Made by a program: the position numbers and the translations under genes
Shown here: positions 25,546 to 42,779 of the stretch, one piece after another
Position numbering within the stretch: position 1 is the first letter of the stretch
Layout of the letters: every line of letters begins with the position of its first letter
Source: the human T2T-CHM13v2.0 reference genome, Homo sapiens
DNA: 64,000 nt
Strand: one strand, 5' to 3'
Assembly (NCBI RefSeq): GCF_009914755.1
Contig: NC_060926.1
Notes under the pieces: generated by a model
The model's database searches: none
The model's input: only the letters and a program-made list of their open reading frames with translations
Told to the model about the DNA's origin: nothing

Positions 25546-26504
25546 GGAGATACCATCTCCACATACTAATGTCACCCCTGTCACCCATTACTGGACTCTT
25601 AGCATCTTTAGGATGAGCAGCTCCTTACAGCATGTAGTCTATCCTCCCCAGCATTGTGAGAGTCTGCTCTGTATTGTAAAGGTGGGAGACTGCCCTGAAT
25701 TGGAAATTGGGGGACACAGTTCTGTTGTTCTCAGCTTTGCAATTGCTTGATAGCATTTGATCAAGTCATTTTACTTTGGGACCATAGTTTGATTATCTGT
25801 TTACACATATTTGACTTAGATGATACCTAAAGTCTAAGAGGCTCATATGATCTGCTATGGTTTTGTGATTTTTTAGTGCCCCACCTCTCCAAGTAGTTGA
25901 TTAGTCCATGCTTGAACATCTTGAACAGAAGCTAATGGAAGCTCATACCAACTTTGGACAGCAGTGATGTTGGCCTGTTCACTCATTGATTCCACATGTG
26001 GTGACTATGTACTAACCAAAGAATCAAGACCAATTATAATGTGGAGAAGGAAGAGAGAGAGTTAATTCAGAGCTAAGGCCATGAATCAGTGTGGGTGAGA
26101 AGATGGCTTTTTTCATAGGATATTTGGTGAATAGGCTTGGAGTGAGAAGTGAAATTTGAAAAAGACTTATTCAGGGCAGGACTCCATCCATTGGCTAAGA
26201 CACTATGTGGTCTTAAAATGGAGCTCTGAAGACATGACGAAAGTATGCTAAATGAAAGAAGCAGAATATGAAGTAGCATGTATTGGAGAATTAGATAAAA
26301 TTATTCAAATTGGGTGTGTTCCTCCATGCTGCCTCAGGAAATGTCTGTTCCGTAGCAGAGTAATTATAGGCGCCATGTGACCTGGCTGATTCTGCAGGTG
26401 CAGTTTGCATCAGAATCACCCCCAGCAGAGCAAAAGTGGATCACAGATGACTTGAGTCATCGAATAGTTCTGTTATTGCCAAACATATGGGTAGTTTCTT
26501 CTTT

Positions 26505-27005
26505 TTTTTTTCAAGTTTTAAATTGTGGTAAAAAGCACATAACATAAAACTTGCCATTTTAACCATGTTAAGTGTACAATAATATCAAGAACATCTATAT
26601 TGTTGTGCAACCATCACCACCATCCATCTCAAGAACTCTTTCATCTTGTAAAATGGAAACTCTGTCTCCATTAAACACTCATCCCCCATTCCCCTGCCCC
26701 CAGCCTCTGGCAAGCACCATTCTACTTTCTGTTTCTATAAATCTGACTACTGTAGGCTCCTTATGTGAGTGGAAATCATATGGTATTTGTCTTTTTGTGA
26801 TTGGCTTATATCACTTTGCATAATGTCCTCAAGGTTCACCCATGTTGTAGCATGTGTCAGAATTTCCTTCTTTTTTAAGGCTGAATAATATTTCATTGTA
26901 TGGATGGGACACATTTTGCTTATCCATTAGTCTGTAGGTGGACACATGGGCTGCTTCCTCCTTTTAGCTATTTTGGATAATGCTGATGTAAACATGAGGG
27001 TACTT
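26505..27005 (-). mobile_element. L1MB 3' end fragment
   Basis: ATTGTGGTAAAA...AACATAAAA...TTGTGCAACCATCACCACCATCCATCTC...AAGGCTGAATAATATT. Confidence 0.85.
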
Positions 27006-28402
27006 CTTTTCTTTTTTAATCAATATTTTTTTACAAAGTGCATGAATTCCATGTATACAGTTCAAAGAATTCTCACAAAGCGAGCACATCCATACAACAA
27101 CCATGCAGATAAAAACATAGAACATTACCAGCACCCCAGAAACCCCCTCATGCCCCTCCTACTCATCTCCCCTACACCCTTCCTCAAAGGTAACTGCCAT
27201 CCTGACTTCTAACACCACCTATTAGTGATACCCATATTTGACGTTTGCATGAGTGGACTCATACAATCCTTATGCCTGGCTTCTTTCGCTCAACATGGTA
27301 TTTGTGAGACCTATCCACATTGTTGTAGAAGACAGTGATTCAGTCTTTCTCTTTACTACCTCATAAGTATTCCACAGTATAAAAATACCTCAACTACCTT
27401 ATTAATTCTATGGTATGATGGATATTTTGTTTGTTTCCAGCTTGAGGCTATTTCAGATAAAACTTCTGTAAGTGTTTTTATACATGTTCTTGGTGTCTAT
27501 ATACATCCATTTTTATTGGGAATATAAATATGGGGATTGCTAGATCATAGAATAAGGGTATAGTCAGCTTTAAAAGATACTACAAAATAGTTTTGCAAAA
27601 GGCTTATTCCATTTGTACTTCTTTTACCAATGTACGAGAGTTCCAGTCATTCTGCATCTTCACCAACACTTGGTTTTGTCTTTCTTTTAATTTTAGGTAT
27701 TCTGGTAGTAATTTTGTGTTATCTAACTGTGATTTAAATTTTCATTTTCTGAATAACTTAAAGAGGATGAGCACCTTTTCTTATGTTTATTGGCCACTTG
27801 GATATCCTCTTTTGCAGTGTGTCTGTTCAAGTCTCTTGCCTACTTTTTAAATTATGTTGTCTTTTTCTTATTGATTTATAGGAGTTCAAAAATATTTCCT
27901 GAATATAAGACCTTTGCAAATTATTTGAGTTTATAATTCTTTTCCCCATGTTGTGTGGGTTGGATTTTCAACTATTTAAATTTTTTTTGATGAATGAAAT
28001 CTGACAATTTGAATGTAGTCCAATGTATCAGTCTTTTCCTTTAGGATTAGTACTACTTTTTGGTGTCCTGCTTAAGGAATATTTGCCCACCACACATTTA
28101 TAAATACACTCTCTTATGGTGTCTTCTAAAGGCTTTACTGTTCTTTCATGTTTAGATCTACAAAGTGTGGAGAATTCATGTCTTCGTGTAGTATGAAATA
28201 TAGGTCTAGATTCTTTTTTCTTTTTATGAATATCTAGTTAGCCAGTACTATTTATTTAAAAGATAAGCCTTTTGCCACTGCTCTACAGTTTCCTTTTTCA
28301 TTAATCAATTGTATGAATATGTGTCAGTCTCTTCCTGAATTTCTGTTCTATTCCATTGGCCATTAAAAAAAATTTTATGTCAGTACAACTGTCTTAGCTA
28401 TA

Positions 28403-28678
28403 TCTTTTTCTTCTCCCCCTCCTCCTCCCCCCTCCTCCTTCTCCTCTTCCTCCTCTTCCTCCTCCTTCTCCTCTTCTTCCTCCTCCTCCTTTTTCTTTCC
28501 TCCTTTTCCTCTTCCTCTTCCCCTTCCCCTTCTCCTTCTTCTCCTCCTTCTCCTCCTTCTCCTCCTCCTCCTTCTTTTCTTCCCCTTCCCCTTCTCCTTC
28601 TCCTTCTTCTCCTTCTCCTCCTCCTCCTCCTCCTTCTTCTTCTTCTTCCTCTTCTTCTTCTTCTCTCTCTCTTTTTTT
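28403..28678. repeat. Pure pyrimidine low-complexity tract, (CCT/CTT)n-like
   Basis: 276 bp containing only C and T on the + strand. Confidence 0.97.
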
Positions 28679-28758
28679 AAAGAGATGAGATCTCACTGTG
28701 TTGCCCAGACTGCATTTGAACTACTAGGCTCAAGTAATCCTCTTGCCTCAGCCACCTG
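28672..28758 (-). mobile_element. FLAM / Alu left-monomer fragment
   Basis: AGAGATGAGATCTCACTGTGTTGCCCAGACTG...GAACT...GGCTCAAGTAATCCTCTTGCCTCAGCC. Confidence 0.85.
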
Positions 28759-30082
28759 TTAACCACTATTGCTTTATTTTATCCTGTAATGTAAGTCTTC
28801 TTGTATATTTTATTGACTGACTATTCATGGCCATTTGCATATTTTCATACATTTAAAAATCAGCCCATTAAGTTCCTCACCAAAAACATGTTGAGGTTTT
28901 TGATAAGGATTGTATTGAATCTATAGATCAAAGGACTGACATCTTTTATAATATTGGGTCTTTAAATCCATGAACATGGTATATCTGTTCATCTGTTTAG
29001 GTCTTCCCTAATTACTTTAAATAATATAGTGCAGTATTCTTTCTAGGTTTTTTCAGAATATTAAGTGCTATTGTAAATGGTGTACTTTTATTTCAATTTA
29101 TGATTGTTGCTTGTATATAGAAATGAAATTGTTTTTGTTTATCTTGTACTTAGTGATTTTGCTAAACTATTAATTCTAATAGCATAGAGTTAGAATTTTT
29201 TCATTACATATTCAACCATCTGCAAATAATGACAGGTTACTTTCTCTATTTATAATCTACATACCAGTTATTTCTTGCATTGTTCTCAAGAGAATATATT
29301 TTTGCCTTATTTTTTGACCTAGGACCTGGATCTGTAGCACAATATCAAATGAAAGTAGTGATAGTAAACATCTTTATCTTTTCTCTTTTTTAATATATGA
29401 AAGTTTTAGGTATTTCACAATTAGCTATAATGTTTACTATATATTTGTGTAGATAATATTTCTCAGATTAAGGACAGTAAAATTTTTTATTATGAATTGG
29501 TATTGAATGTTCAAGTTCCTTAGAAGCATTTGTGAGATAATCTTATAATTTTTTTCTTTTAATCTATGTGGTGAATTACCAACCTTGTATTCTTGGAAGG
29601 AAACCAACTTTATCATGATGTATTATCCTTTCTACATATTGACAGATTCTATTTGCAAATAGAATTTTGATCAGATTAAACTGTTTTTAAGTAAAATGCT
29701 CTATCAGTGGTATGTATTTTCATGAAGAGGCATGCAATGTTTGGTTGTCCCTCTATTTGTTATGTGAGAAACCAATGGTGATTATTGTCTAGATCCATTA
29801 TTTCAATTTTTTCTGTGTGCAAAAATGTGATATTCTAATTCTATTGTTTCTTTTTCAATTGTCAGTGTGAACACTTTCATGAAGAAAAGTTTTCCTTATT
29901 AATTTTTTTTACCTTGTAATACAGTCCATATAGAAAAGACAGAATACATACTTAATTGTTTCCCTTCATTTATAAATTTTCTTTAAAAAGCTTTTATTGG
30001 TAAATAATAATTGTACATATTTATGGGGTACATGTGATATTTTGATACATGCATATAATGTGTAATGATCAAATCAGGGTAA

Positions 30083-30536
<454 letters not shown>

Positions 30537-30675
30537 TATCTAACTGTATTTTGTACCCCTTAACCTATCGCTATCCCCCTGCCTCACCCTTCCCAGCCTC
30601 TGGTAACCATCATTCTAACCTTTACCTCTATGAGGTCAATGTTTTTAGCTTCTACATAGGAGTGAGAAAATGTGA

Positions 30676-31144
<469 letters not shown>

Positions 31145-31179
31145 TGAAGTTGATTCCATATCTTGGCTATAGTGAATAG

Positions 31180-31592
<413 letters not shown>

Positions 31593-33620
31593 AGCTGATT
31601 TTCTTTCTTTTCTTGTGGATATATACCCAGCAGCGGGATTGCTGGATCATATTGTAGATCTATTTTTAGTGTTTTGAGAAATCTCCATAGTGTTTTCCAT
31701 AGTGGCTGTAATAATTTACATTCCCACCAGAAATGTCATTCCCCTTTCTCCCATCCTCACAATCATCTTTTTTTTTGTCTTTTTGATGAAATCATCTCAC
31801 CCCATTTTAACTGGGGTGAGAGGATATCTCACTGTCGATTTGCATTTCCTTGGTAATTAGTGATGAGCATTTTTTCATATACCTATTAACCACTTGTGTA
31901 TCTTCTTTTGAGAAATGTCTATTCAAATCATTTGCCCATTTAAAAATCAGATTATTATTATTTTTTGCCATTGAGTTGTTCAAGTCCTTTACATATTCTG
32001 ATTAATAATTATTTGTCAGATGGGTAGCTTGCAAATATTTTCCCCCATTCTGTAGATTGTCTCTTTATTCTGTTAATTGTCTCTTTTGCTGTGCAGAAGC
32101 TTTTTAGCTTGATGGAATCTCATTTGTCTATTTTTCTTTTGTTCTCTGTGCTTTTGAGGTTTTACACAAAAAGTTTTTGGCCAGTCCAGTGTTTTGAAAT
32201 GTTTCTCCAATGTTTTCTTCTAGTATTCTCATAGTTTCAGGTCTTACATTTAAGTTTTTAATTCATTTTGAGTTGATTTTTGTATGTGGTGAGAGATAGC
32301 AGTCTAGGTTTATTTTTCTGCATATGGATATCCAGTTTTGTCAGCACCATTTATTGAAAGTTTTCCACTGAATGTTCTTGGTGCCTTTGTCAATAATCAA
32401 TTGGCTGTACATACATGGATTTATATCTGGGTTCTCTATTCTGTTCCACTGGTCTATGTATCTGTTTTTATGCTAGTACCATGCTGTTTTTGTTATTATA
32501 GTTTTATAGTATATTTTGAAGTCAGGTAGGTGATACCTCCAGTTTTGTTCTTTTTGCTCAGGATTGCTTTGGCATTTAGGAAGCCTTCTGTGATTCCACA
32601 TGTGGATTTTAAAACGCTTTTTCTATTTCTGTGAGGAATGTCTTGGTGTTCTGATAGTTATTACATTGAATCTATGGATCACTCTTGGTAGTATGGTCAT
32701 TTCACAGTATTAATTTTTCCAATCCATGAGCATGGGATGTCTTTCTTTTGTGTGTGTGTGTGGCCATTCCAATTTCTTTCACACTGTCTTAAAGTTTTCC
32801 TTGTATATATATTTCACCTCTTTTAAAAAAATTTATTCCTAGGTATAATTATTATTTACATTTTTGTAGCTATCATAAATGGGATTGCTTTTTGATTTCT
32901 TTTTGCTAGTTCATTATTGGTGTATAGAAATGCTATGGATTTTTGTAGTTTAAAATTTCATATCCTGTAAATTTGCTAAATTTGTTTACCAGTTCTGAGA
33001 GTTTTTTGGTGGAACTTTTAGGGTTTTCTATGTGTAAAATTATGTTATCTGCAAAGAGGAATATTTTTATTTCCTTTTTTTCCAATTTGGATGTCCTTTA
33101 TTTATTTCTGTTGCCTAATTGCTCTGGCTAGGATTTTTAGTACTATGTTGAGTAAGAGTGGTGACAGTGGGCATCCTTGCATTGTTCTAGTTCTTAGAGA
33201 AAAAGCTTTCAGCATTCCCTTTTATTATACCTAGTTTTTTGAGTTTTTAAAATCATGAAACAATGTTGAATTTTATCAAATGCTTTTTATGTATCTATTG
33301 AGATGATCATTTGGTTTTGTTTTTCATCCTTTTGATGTGATATATCATGTTTATTAATTGGCATATGTTGAGCCATCCTTGCATTCCTGGGATAAATCCC
33401 ACTTGATCATGGTGAATGATCTTTTTAATGTGCTGCTGGATTCAGTTTATTAGTTTTTGTTAAGGGTTTTTCCACCTATGTTCACCAGGGATATTGGCCT
33501 ATAGTTTTCTTTTGTTGTGTCCTTATCTGGTTTTGGTATCAGGGTAATGCTGGTCTTATAAAACAATTTGAAGAAATTCCCCTCTTTTCAATTTTCTGGA
33601 AGATTTGATAAGAATTGGCA

Positions 33621-35330
<1,710 letters not shown>

Positions 35331-35607
35331 TTTCTGGTTATTTTGTATGTCTTTCATTCCTTTCTTATTGTTTATCATTGCAATTTGGGGTTTTCTGTAG
35401 TGAGAAGGTTTGATTCTTTTCTCTTTCTCCTTTGGGTATCTACTCTACCAAGTGAGTTTTTAAACTTACTTTTGCATGTTTTCATTACGGTAATTATAAT
35501 CTTTTTTCTTCCAGATGTAGGACTCCCCTGAGCATTTCGTATAAGGCCAGTCAAAAGGTGACAAATTCCTTCAGTTTTTGCTTGTCAGAGATATTTATAC
35601 ATTTTCT

Positions 35608-37090
35608 AAGTAGTTGGTTCATAGTATTCCTCAAGGATGACAAATAACTCCTTTTAGTAGTGTAATTATGAATTCATGAGATAGAAACATGTTTGATATG
35701 TTTCAATCTACTTCAGTCATTATTATTACTCATGCTCAAATTGTCCCTTCTTTGGCCAATAGAAGGTTTTCCAAGTTGAGTCCTGAGACCTCTGACAGAT
35801 CCTAGTACAACCTGATACCCTTCTTGCTTTTGGTATGACAAGATGTTCCTGGTGCATTCTGTTTGTTTCTGCCCTAGACTTGGACTCAGCCATTTTTCCA
35901 AGGGGCCATGGTTTCCTTTAAAGGGAGAAGATATAGAGAAAACACAATTTGGGCTCTAGGGGTGCTCATTGCTACTAGGATTTTCCTCATTACCAGATGT
36001 TTCCAGTGGACAGAATTAGGAAATACACATTTTTTAAAAGACAAAATATTTCTTGAGTTAAAAATTTTACTTCCAATTCAAATTTAGTACTATTACTTTT
36101 TACTAAACTTGATTGATCTGTATGTATCTCCTTTCTCCAAAGCTCAAAATCCTGGTTCTTCATGACATCAACATAATTACTTATTTGTCTTATCCTATAG
36201 AATAAACAATATAACCTCAGGATAAAAGTACCTACCAATACAATAAGTGTCAGCAATATAAATACTGAAAACATTAACTTTTTTGTATTTGTGCATGTGT
36301 TTTCCTGGGGTTTATTTCACTAGGGATGACTAGTCAAATCATTAGGTTTAGAAATCACTTCAATAGCTGCTTTCCGTTTTGCTTATCACTCACCTGATAC
36401 ACATTCAGGTTCATTTGCTTCATTTTGCTTTTGATTTTTAGGAGTTGTTCCATAGTTGATTTTTATGTTATAATTATTTACATGGATCCTAAGTTGGAAC
36501 TATAAAACAATGTTATATTCAGAGAAGTCCAGCTTCTCTCCCTGTCCCCTCTATCTTTCTACAGGTAATTTTGTGAAAATGTATGTTTTATCCTTCTATC
36601 TCAAAATAAAAGCAAATATTTATTTTCATATTCTCCTATTTTTTCAACACATGGTAACATATCAACTTGAAGATACCACAGTTATCCACTTTGTTTTTTC
36701 TTTTAAGAATGTGTCCTAAGTGTCACATCAAAGCAGTATATATAAATATTCTTCATTGCTTTTTATAGTTGTATAGTACTCTATTGTGTAGATATACCAT
36801 AGTTTATTCAGCTAGTACCCTTCGATAGACCTTTAGGTTGTTCCCAGTCTTTTGCTATTATAAACAGTGTTACAGTGATTCATCTTATGCATATATGTTT
36901 GTGTATTTTTCCCAATCTATATTTTGGGTATATTTCTAGAAGTGGAATTGCTGGGTCAAGGGTTAAATGAATTTGAAGTTTTGCTAGGTATTTTGAAATT
37001 CCTCTCCATAGGGGAATTTGCATTTTGCATTCTCATCTACAATGTATGAGAGTGACCATTTTTCCAGCCTTGCCAAAATATTTTGTCCAA
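35608..37090 (-). mobile_element. L1MC/ME 3' fragment, continuing the element at ~29690-29980 split by the L1MA
   Basis: GCTCAAATTGTCCC...TTGGCCA...ACAAGATGTTCC...CAGCCATTTTTCCAAGG...CTAGGGGTGCTCATTGCTACT motifs; later ATACCATAGTTTATT, GGAATTGCTGGGTCAA. Confidence 0.7.
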
Positions 37091-38682
37091 CATTGTAAAA
37101 CCGAACACAGTTTCAAATCCAACAGTTTGATCACTGTGCTTTGAAAAACCCTGGAATGTTTGATTTAACATACCTATAACCTTTTAATATACAAATAACT
37201 AAATAACTTGCAACTTGAACGAACACTTAATTATAGAAATTAACAAGTTAATGAAAAGGACAGGAACTTTAAACACATACATTTATAAAAAACAACTTGA
37301 AGAGCGAAGTGCACTTTCTACCTCCATTGAGGGCATCATCATTTCTTATAGCATGCTGCCCATCTTGCAACTGTCCTTGTTGTTGGGTCCAGTCGATGCT
37401 CTTGCCTTACTTCTGACTCTTTACAGCTTCCCCTTGCAGCTGCTTACGATTATCACCTGGGAGCCTAATCCTTTCCTTAGCAGGGCCCATAATCACTCCT
37501 TTATTTGGGAATCTGGACTTGTACCTTCTGATCTTTCCACTTGTCCAGATTTCCTTTTGTCCTGCTGTGCACAGCCCCATGCTTTCTGCTCTACCTTCTC
37601 CCTTCTGCCATCCCTTGCTTCATGTGCCATTCTGCCTTGAACCATATGGGGGGCACTGGAGACACCTAGATCCTGGGGACTCCAAGTCAAGGGCATAGGT
37701 CAGAGTAGGAATATGCCTTACCTACGTCTGTGGTTCTGCCAGTGCTGATGTTAAGTTTTACCTTAGCCTATGTTAGCCATCTATCATTTCCACCGTCAGT
37801 GTTTTCACTTAAAACTCCATGTTTTTCCTTCATGCTTATTTCCAGTATCAATTTAAGATTACAAAATGAATTCATGGTCATTGTAGAATATTTGGAAAAT
37901 AAAATATAAAATTACAGAAAAAATATATGAGTGCAATGACCAGATGTGGCATTTAATATCTTGCATGTTTTCTTCTGAGTATTTTCTATGCTTTTAAACA
38001 TAATTGAGATAATAGTGCACATGCATATTTTTATTCTTCTTTTTTGTCTATTTATTGCTGTTTCAGAGAGCACATGGTTTTATTTATTAATGGCACTGTT
38101 CTTTTTCATAATTTCTTGATTTATTTTTTATTCTGTATTATTTCCTTCCTTTTGTATTTTCAAATTAGAAATATTTGTCCCCTTTTTTTACTGTCTTAGT
38201 TGAATGTATAGATGATTTATTGTTATTATTTTTATTCAAAATGAAATTTCAGAACTTATTTTTCTTACCCCCAAAGTAATAGATTTTTACCGAAGTCAGA
38301 AAATATAGTAGCCAAACCAATGATAATCCCACTCACTGAGAAGCAACTGCTGGTAGCTTTCAGAGTCTATTTATGTTTAAGTATGCTTTCCCACTAAAAG
38401 TTTCACTTATGATTTCACCTAACTACATTTTATGAACATTTTCAATACCAATATATGCATTGCTTCAACATTGTTTTAATGGCTACATACTATCTTATTG
38501 TGTAAAATTTTTATTTAATTGAATTCATGTTTCTAGATGGTTGTTTCTATTCTCATACTTCCTCCTTAGAAACAGTTTTGTTATTAACATCTTTTGTGAT
38601 ATATTTTTTGGACATGGCTTACATTTGGAGAAAAAGAGTATTGAATTTCTAGAAGTAGAATGGGCCACTTCATGGGCTAAAG

Positions 38683-39000
38683 CAGCAGTCCCCAACCTTT
38701 TTGGGACCAGGGACCGGTTTTGTGGAAGACAATTTTTCCACAGATGGGGCTGGGGGATGGTTTTGGGATGATTCAAGTGCATTACATTTATTATTAGATT
38801 CTCATAAGGAGCTTGCAACCTAGATCCCTCACATGTGTAGTTCACAATAGGGTTTGCACTCCTATGAGAATTGAATGCCACTGCTGATCTGACAGTAGGC
38901 GGAGCGCCGCTAGCCCACCACTCACCTCCTGCTGTGCGGCCAGGTTCCTAACAGGCTGTGGACCAGTACTGCTCCATGGCCCAGGGACTGCGGACCCTTG
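38683..39000 (-). mobile_element. MER1B (hAT-Charlie), full length
   Basis: CAGCAGTCCCCAACCTTTTTGG...GGACCCTTG; perfect 8-bp TSD GGCTAAAG at 38675-38682 and 39001-39008. Confidence 0.93.
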
Positions 39001-40028
39001 GGCTAAAGGGCCTATTTTTGGAGCTTCTACTGCATGTGTGTATTGCCAGTCTTCAGTTCAGAATAATTTTCATGTCTACCTAGTCTTCAGGATAGTATTG
39101 ATTTGCCTTCTCACGTTTTTCACCAATCTGGGACACTACATTTCATAGACCTTTCCTTTATCGTAGGAAAACATGTCATTTAAAACAATTATTAATGAGA
39201 TTAAACTTTCCCCTACTTTATATAGTATGCATATTCGTGTGCTTAGCACACCTTATTCCATAGCTTATTGAATTTTAAATGCAATCTCTATATGAAGACC
39301 ATTAACAATTTGTATTTATATTGTTTCCATTTCATCATTTCCCTTTTTATTTCATCGTTGACATAAAGAAGTCTTACATGTTTAGGTTGACTTATCTATC
39401 AGTTTTTCTCTTACAGTTTTTGCCTTGGGGTCACCTTGAAATTCTCCATCCCATCTATGGTCATATAAATATTCGATTATCATCTATTTTAAGAGTTTTA
39501 TAATCTTTTCTTTAATATTTAATATGTTAATCACAATTGAAATGATTTTAGTTTAAGACACAGATTAATTATAAATGTTAGTACCTAAACTCCACTTAGT
39601 AACTAACTCATGCTTTCCCCATTGATTTGCAATGCCACCATTACTGTGCATTCACTGTCTTTACATAGATATAGCATAGGAAGCCCTTGGAAATTAAAGA
39701 ACAAACTTGAGTCAGAGGTGTAAGAAGTAGCTGTGAAGTTTCACCTGCAATCATCTCTGGGATTCAGGATGTATTTCCTCTGGGAAATGCAGGGCTACTC
39801 TCTGAGTGTCCGTCATACCTGGGGCACGTCTTCCTGGTCCTCAGTTCTTCCTGGTCCTCAGGGCATGGTCAGTGGTTGCTCAGTTGATCCTGACTCCAGC
39901 CTCTTCATCTTCAAACCAGTATCAATTGTCTTTCTTTTTCTTCTTCCTAGGTTTAGATTTCAAGGTTCCAGAGGGTGAGATTCATTTTTTTTCTCCCACA
40001 ACCTAACCACCCAATGCACAAACCCCCT

Positions 40029-40440
40029 TTCTTAGGATGGGCTCCCCCAGTAGCAGCCCCTGAGACAAGGATTTGAGCACAAGTAATTATTTTGAGGGTG
40101 ATTCCAGGAAGCACTGTTGGGTGAATGCAGAATGAAAGATCGGAAAAATGCAAGAAGGAGCATCATTGACTGCTGTGGGGGCTGGGCCCAATCCCACGGG
40201 GGACCTCCGGCCAATTATAGAATGTGCATCAGTGTTGGCCAACCTGAGGAGTAAGAAAGTTGGGGTCTTTACCCACCAACTCTTGTCAGTCACTGGGTGA
40301 GGGTTGTTCCCAGGGGTGCCTTTAACTCCCTGGTTTTTCTGGCTTGATCCTCCTTGCAGAGAAAGCCTTAAGACAGAGCTGCAAGCACCTCCAGTTGGAG
40401 GCCGCGGGGGCCTATGGGCAGGTCACCAACTGTGACTGCT
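40029..40440 (-). mobile_element. LTR33-like solo LTR (ERVL)
   Basis: CTTAGGATGGG...AGCAGCCCCTGAGACAAGGATTTGAG...GTGATTCCAGGAAGCAC resembles recalled LTR33 end. Confidence 0.65.
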
Positions 40441-42779
40441 GAAGTCCACCCCTTGAAAGCATCCCTGACTGATTGTTGTTCAGCTCCCACTGAAAATGCT
40501 TTCAAGTTGGGATAATTCGAGATGGACTTTGGCATGGGTGGGCAACTCTCTTTAGAAAGTCTTTCCCTATACTGAGCCCAAAATGTTGTTCATAAATCTT
40601 CCACATGTTGTTCGAATTCTGCCATCTGGGGGAAAAAAGTGTAAAAAATATTTTCCAGACATATTTGAGAAATTACCCAGAAACACCAGACTTGACCCTC
40701 TTGCACAAACTAGGGCATAATACTAAGTTGCACAACTCTGAATGTCTGCCTCATCCTCTATGTTTGTCCATTGTTGTCATTGCTTAGAACAGCCAGGATG
40801 ACGCTTGTGCGGGTGGAGGCTAAGGAAAGGCAACTAGATTCTACTTCAGTAGTGTGGGTGAGGAGAAGGTCAACTTAGCCAATGAGCACCTTGATTATGT
40901 CAGTTGCTCCAGGGAGTTGGGGAAAAACATACACGGTCTGACTAATCCATGAGTCATATGAATGTTTATTCTCATTTTCAGATTTTTAAAAACTCACAAA
41001 TGCTTCCCTCCCACAAGCAAACAGTTGCCGTTTTTTGTTCTAGAAGACTGTAGACCAGCCAATTCTATCATAATTTTAATCTCTTACCACATACTAATGG
41101 AATACATGCATTTAATTTGGCCTAGAGCAAGATGGGCTCCCAAGGCAAAATCTGACTTGAATCTGTTCCCTTCCTTTCTTCACAAGCAAATCCCAGGAGG
41201 CAGTTGCAAGGAGCTCAGCACTCAGAGCCACCCCTTGACAAGTTCACAAGCCAATGATGCTGGGAAGGAATTTACACTTTGCATTCGCTGGCTTTTCTTC
41301 AAATATTTGGGTGGAGCACTTGCATCTCGTATTTTAGTGACAAGGAGGGTGATAAATGAGATCATAAACTAAGTTCTGTTGTCATCACTTTACCAAAGTT
41401 GAGTAGGATTAATTACAAAGAATCTGAGCTGAGAGTACCCCTCAAGGTCAGAAGTTGACTGCAGTGGCCTTCAGTCTTGCAAGACGTTCCATGAAACCAG
41501 AAGAATCTTATTTCTACCATTTTAGTTGACTCACATTCACAGGTCAGCAGGGAGACCTGAGTCTGGAATTTGGAGTTAATTTCTGGCCTAGGAATTAGAG
41601 GCCAGGCTGCACAAACCTGCAATAGGAAGATCTAATTTACAAAGGCAATCCCATCCTCCCTGGTAGTGTGCACCTGCATCCTCGGCCCCTAACACATGTG
41701 TTCCCAAGGCAACCTTCTCCATGAGCCCCGGACTCTCCATCACCCCACAGCTGGGCACTGCTGCTGGCTAGATCTCCAAGCTCACTGGACTGAGCAGGGC
41801 TGGGTTCGCAGTGTGGGCCTTGCTCAGAGGAATTGCAGAGGTGTCCTGAACACTCTTGAGTTCTGTTGGTGATGAGATTGGCTGCTTGTTTTCGAGAACT
41901 GAGAGTTTTCATTCATGTTGTCAGTCTCATTCATTATCTATTTTTTTATTAAAAAATGGAAATTTCATTAACTCAAAATGAAAATGTCCATTGCCATACA
42001 TTATTGGGGACAGATGTTCAATTTCAAAGCATGCATAAATGTACTGTATTTTCCAACAGGGGGTAGGAGCCAGACACTCCTAAGAGCCCTTGCCAATCAG
42101 CAGCGCCCCCTGCCCCACACCCACTGCCAACACACACACTGTGGCCAGATTTGCTGTCATGGAGCCCAGAGTCCTGGGATCTAAAGGGGGTCATCTGCCT
42201 GGCCTGACCTCAAATCCTACCCTGATGCTGTCCTCAAGAATGGGTGTTTTCTGAGGTTCGGTGTCTGTCTGTCTCTGCCCTGGCTGCCCTTTCTCCCTCC
42301 ACAGCCCCATCTATCTCCTGATGAACACTTTCTGTTACACTCGGCCACCCTCCTCAGCCTCAGCCGAGAGGATGGGGTGAGAGGAGAGGACACAGATAAT
42401 ATATACAGTCTATTATATCTCAGCTATAATAGATAAAATTTTCACAATAATGACCCCCTAACTTGTGTGACCAGCCCCCAGGCTAAAGTGATCTTGGGCC
42501 AATGGCACTAATAGCTGTCAGGCAGTGGGATGGGCTACTTCTTGAGCTGGAAATGGTGCCACTGCACGGATCTGTGGTGCCTTCATGGCAGGCACATGAC
42601 ACCTATGCAGCCCTGGCAAACAGCAGTGTCCTCAAGGGAACTGTCTCTCTCTGCGACGTCTGGGTAGGGGCACCGTGACATGCCACAGGGAGCGGTACTC
42701 CATGAGAGCAAAGGACACATGTAGGCTTAGCAAGGAAACTCACCAGTGTGACCTCAGTGTTCAGAGAGCAGGTGCGAAA

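Larger units (their letters stand above)
27006..29670 (-). mobile_element. L1ME-type fragment (3' UTR into ORF2)
   Basis: Continuous L1 motifs (GAGCACCTTTT, TGTCTGTTCAAGTCT, TTGAATCTATAGATCAA, CCATGAACATGG, TCTGCAAATAATGACA). Confidence 0.75.

Noticed and set aside
28394-28696. 100-aa E/G/K/R-rich ORF
   Set aside because: Translation of the purine strand of a low-complexity tract
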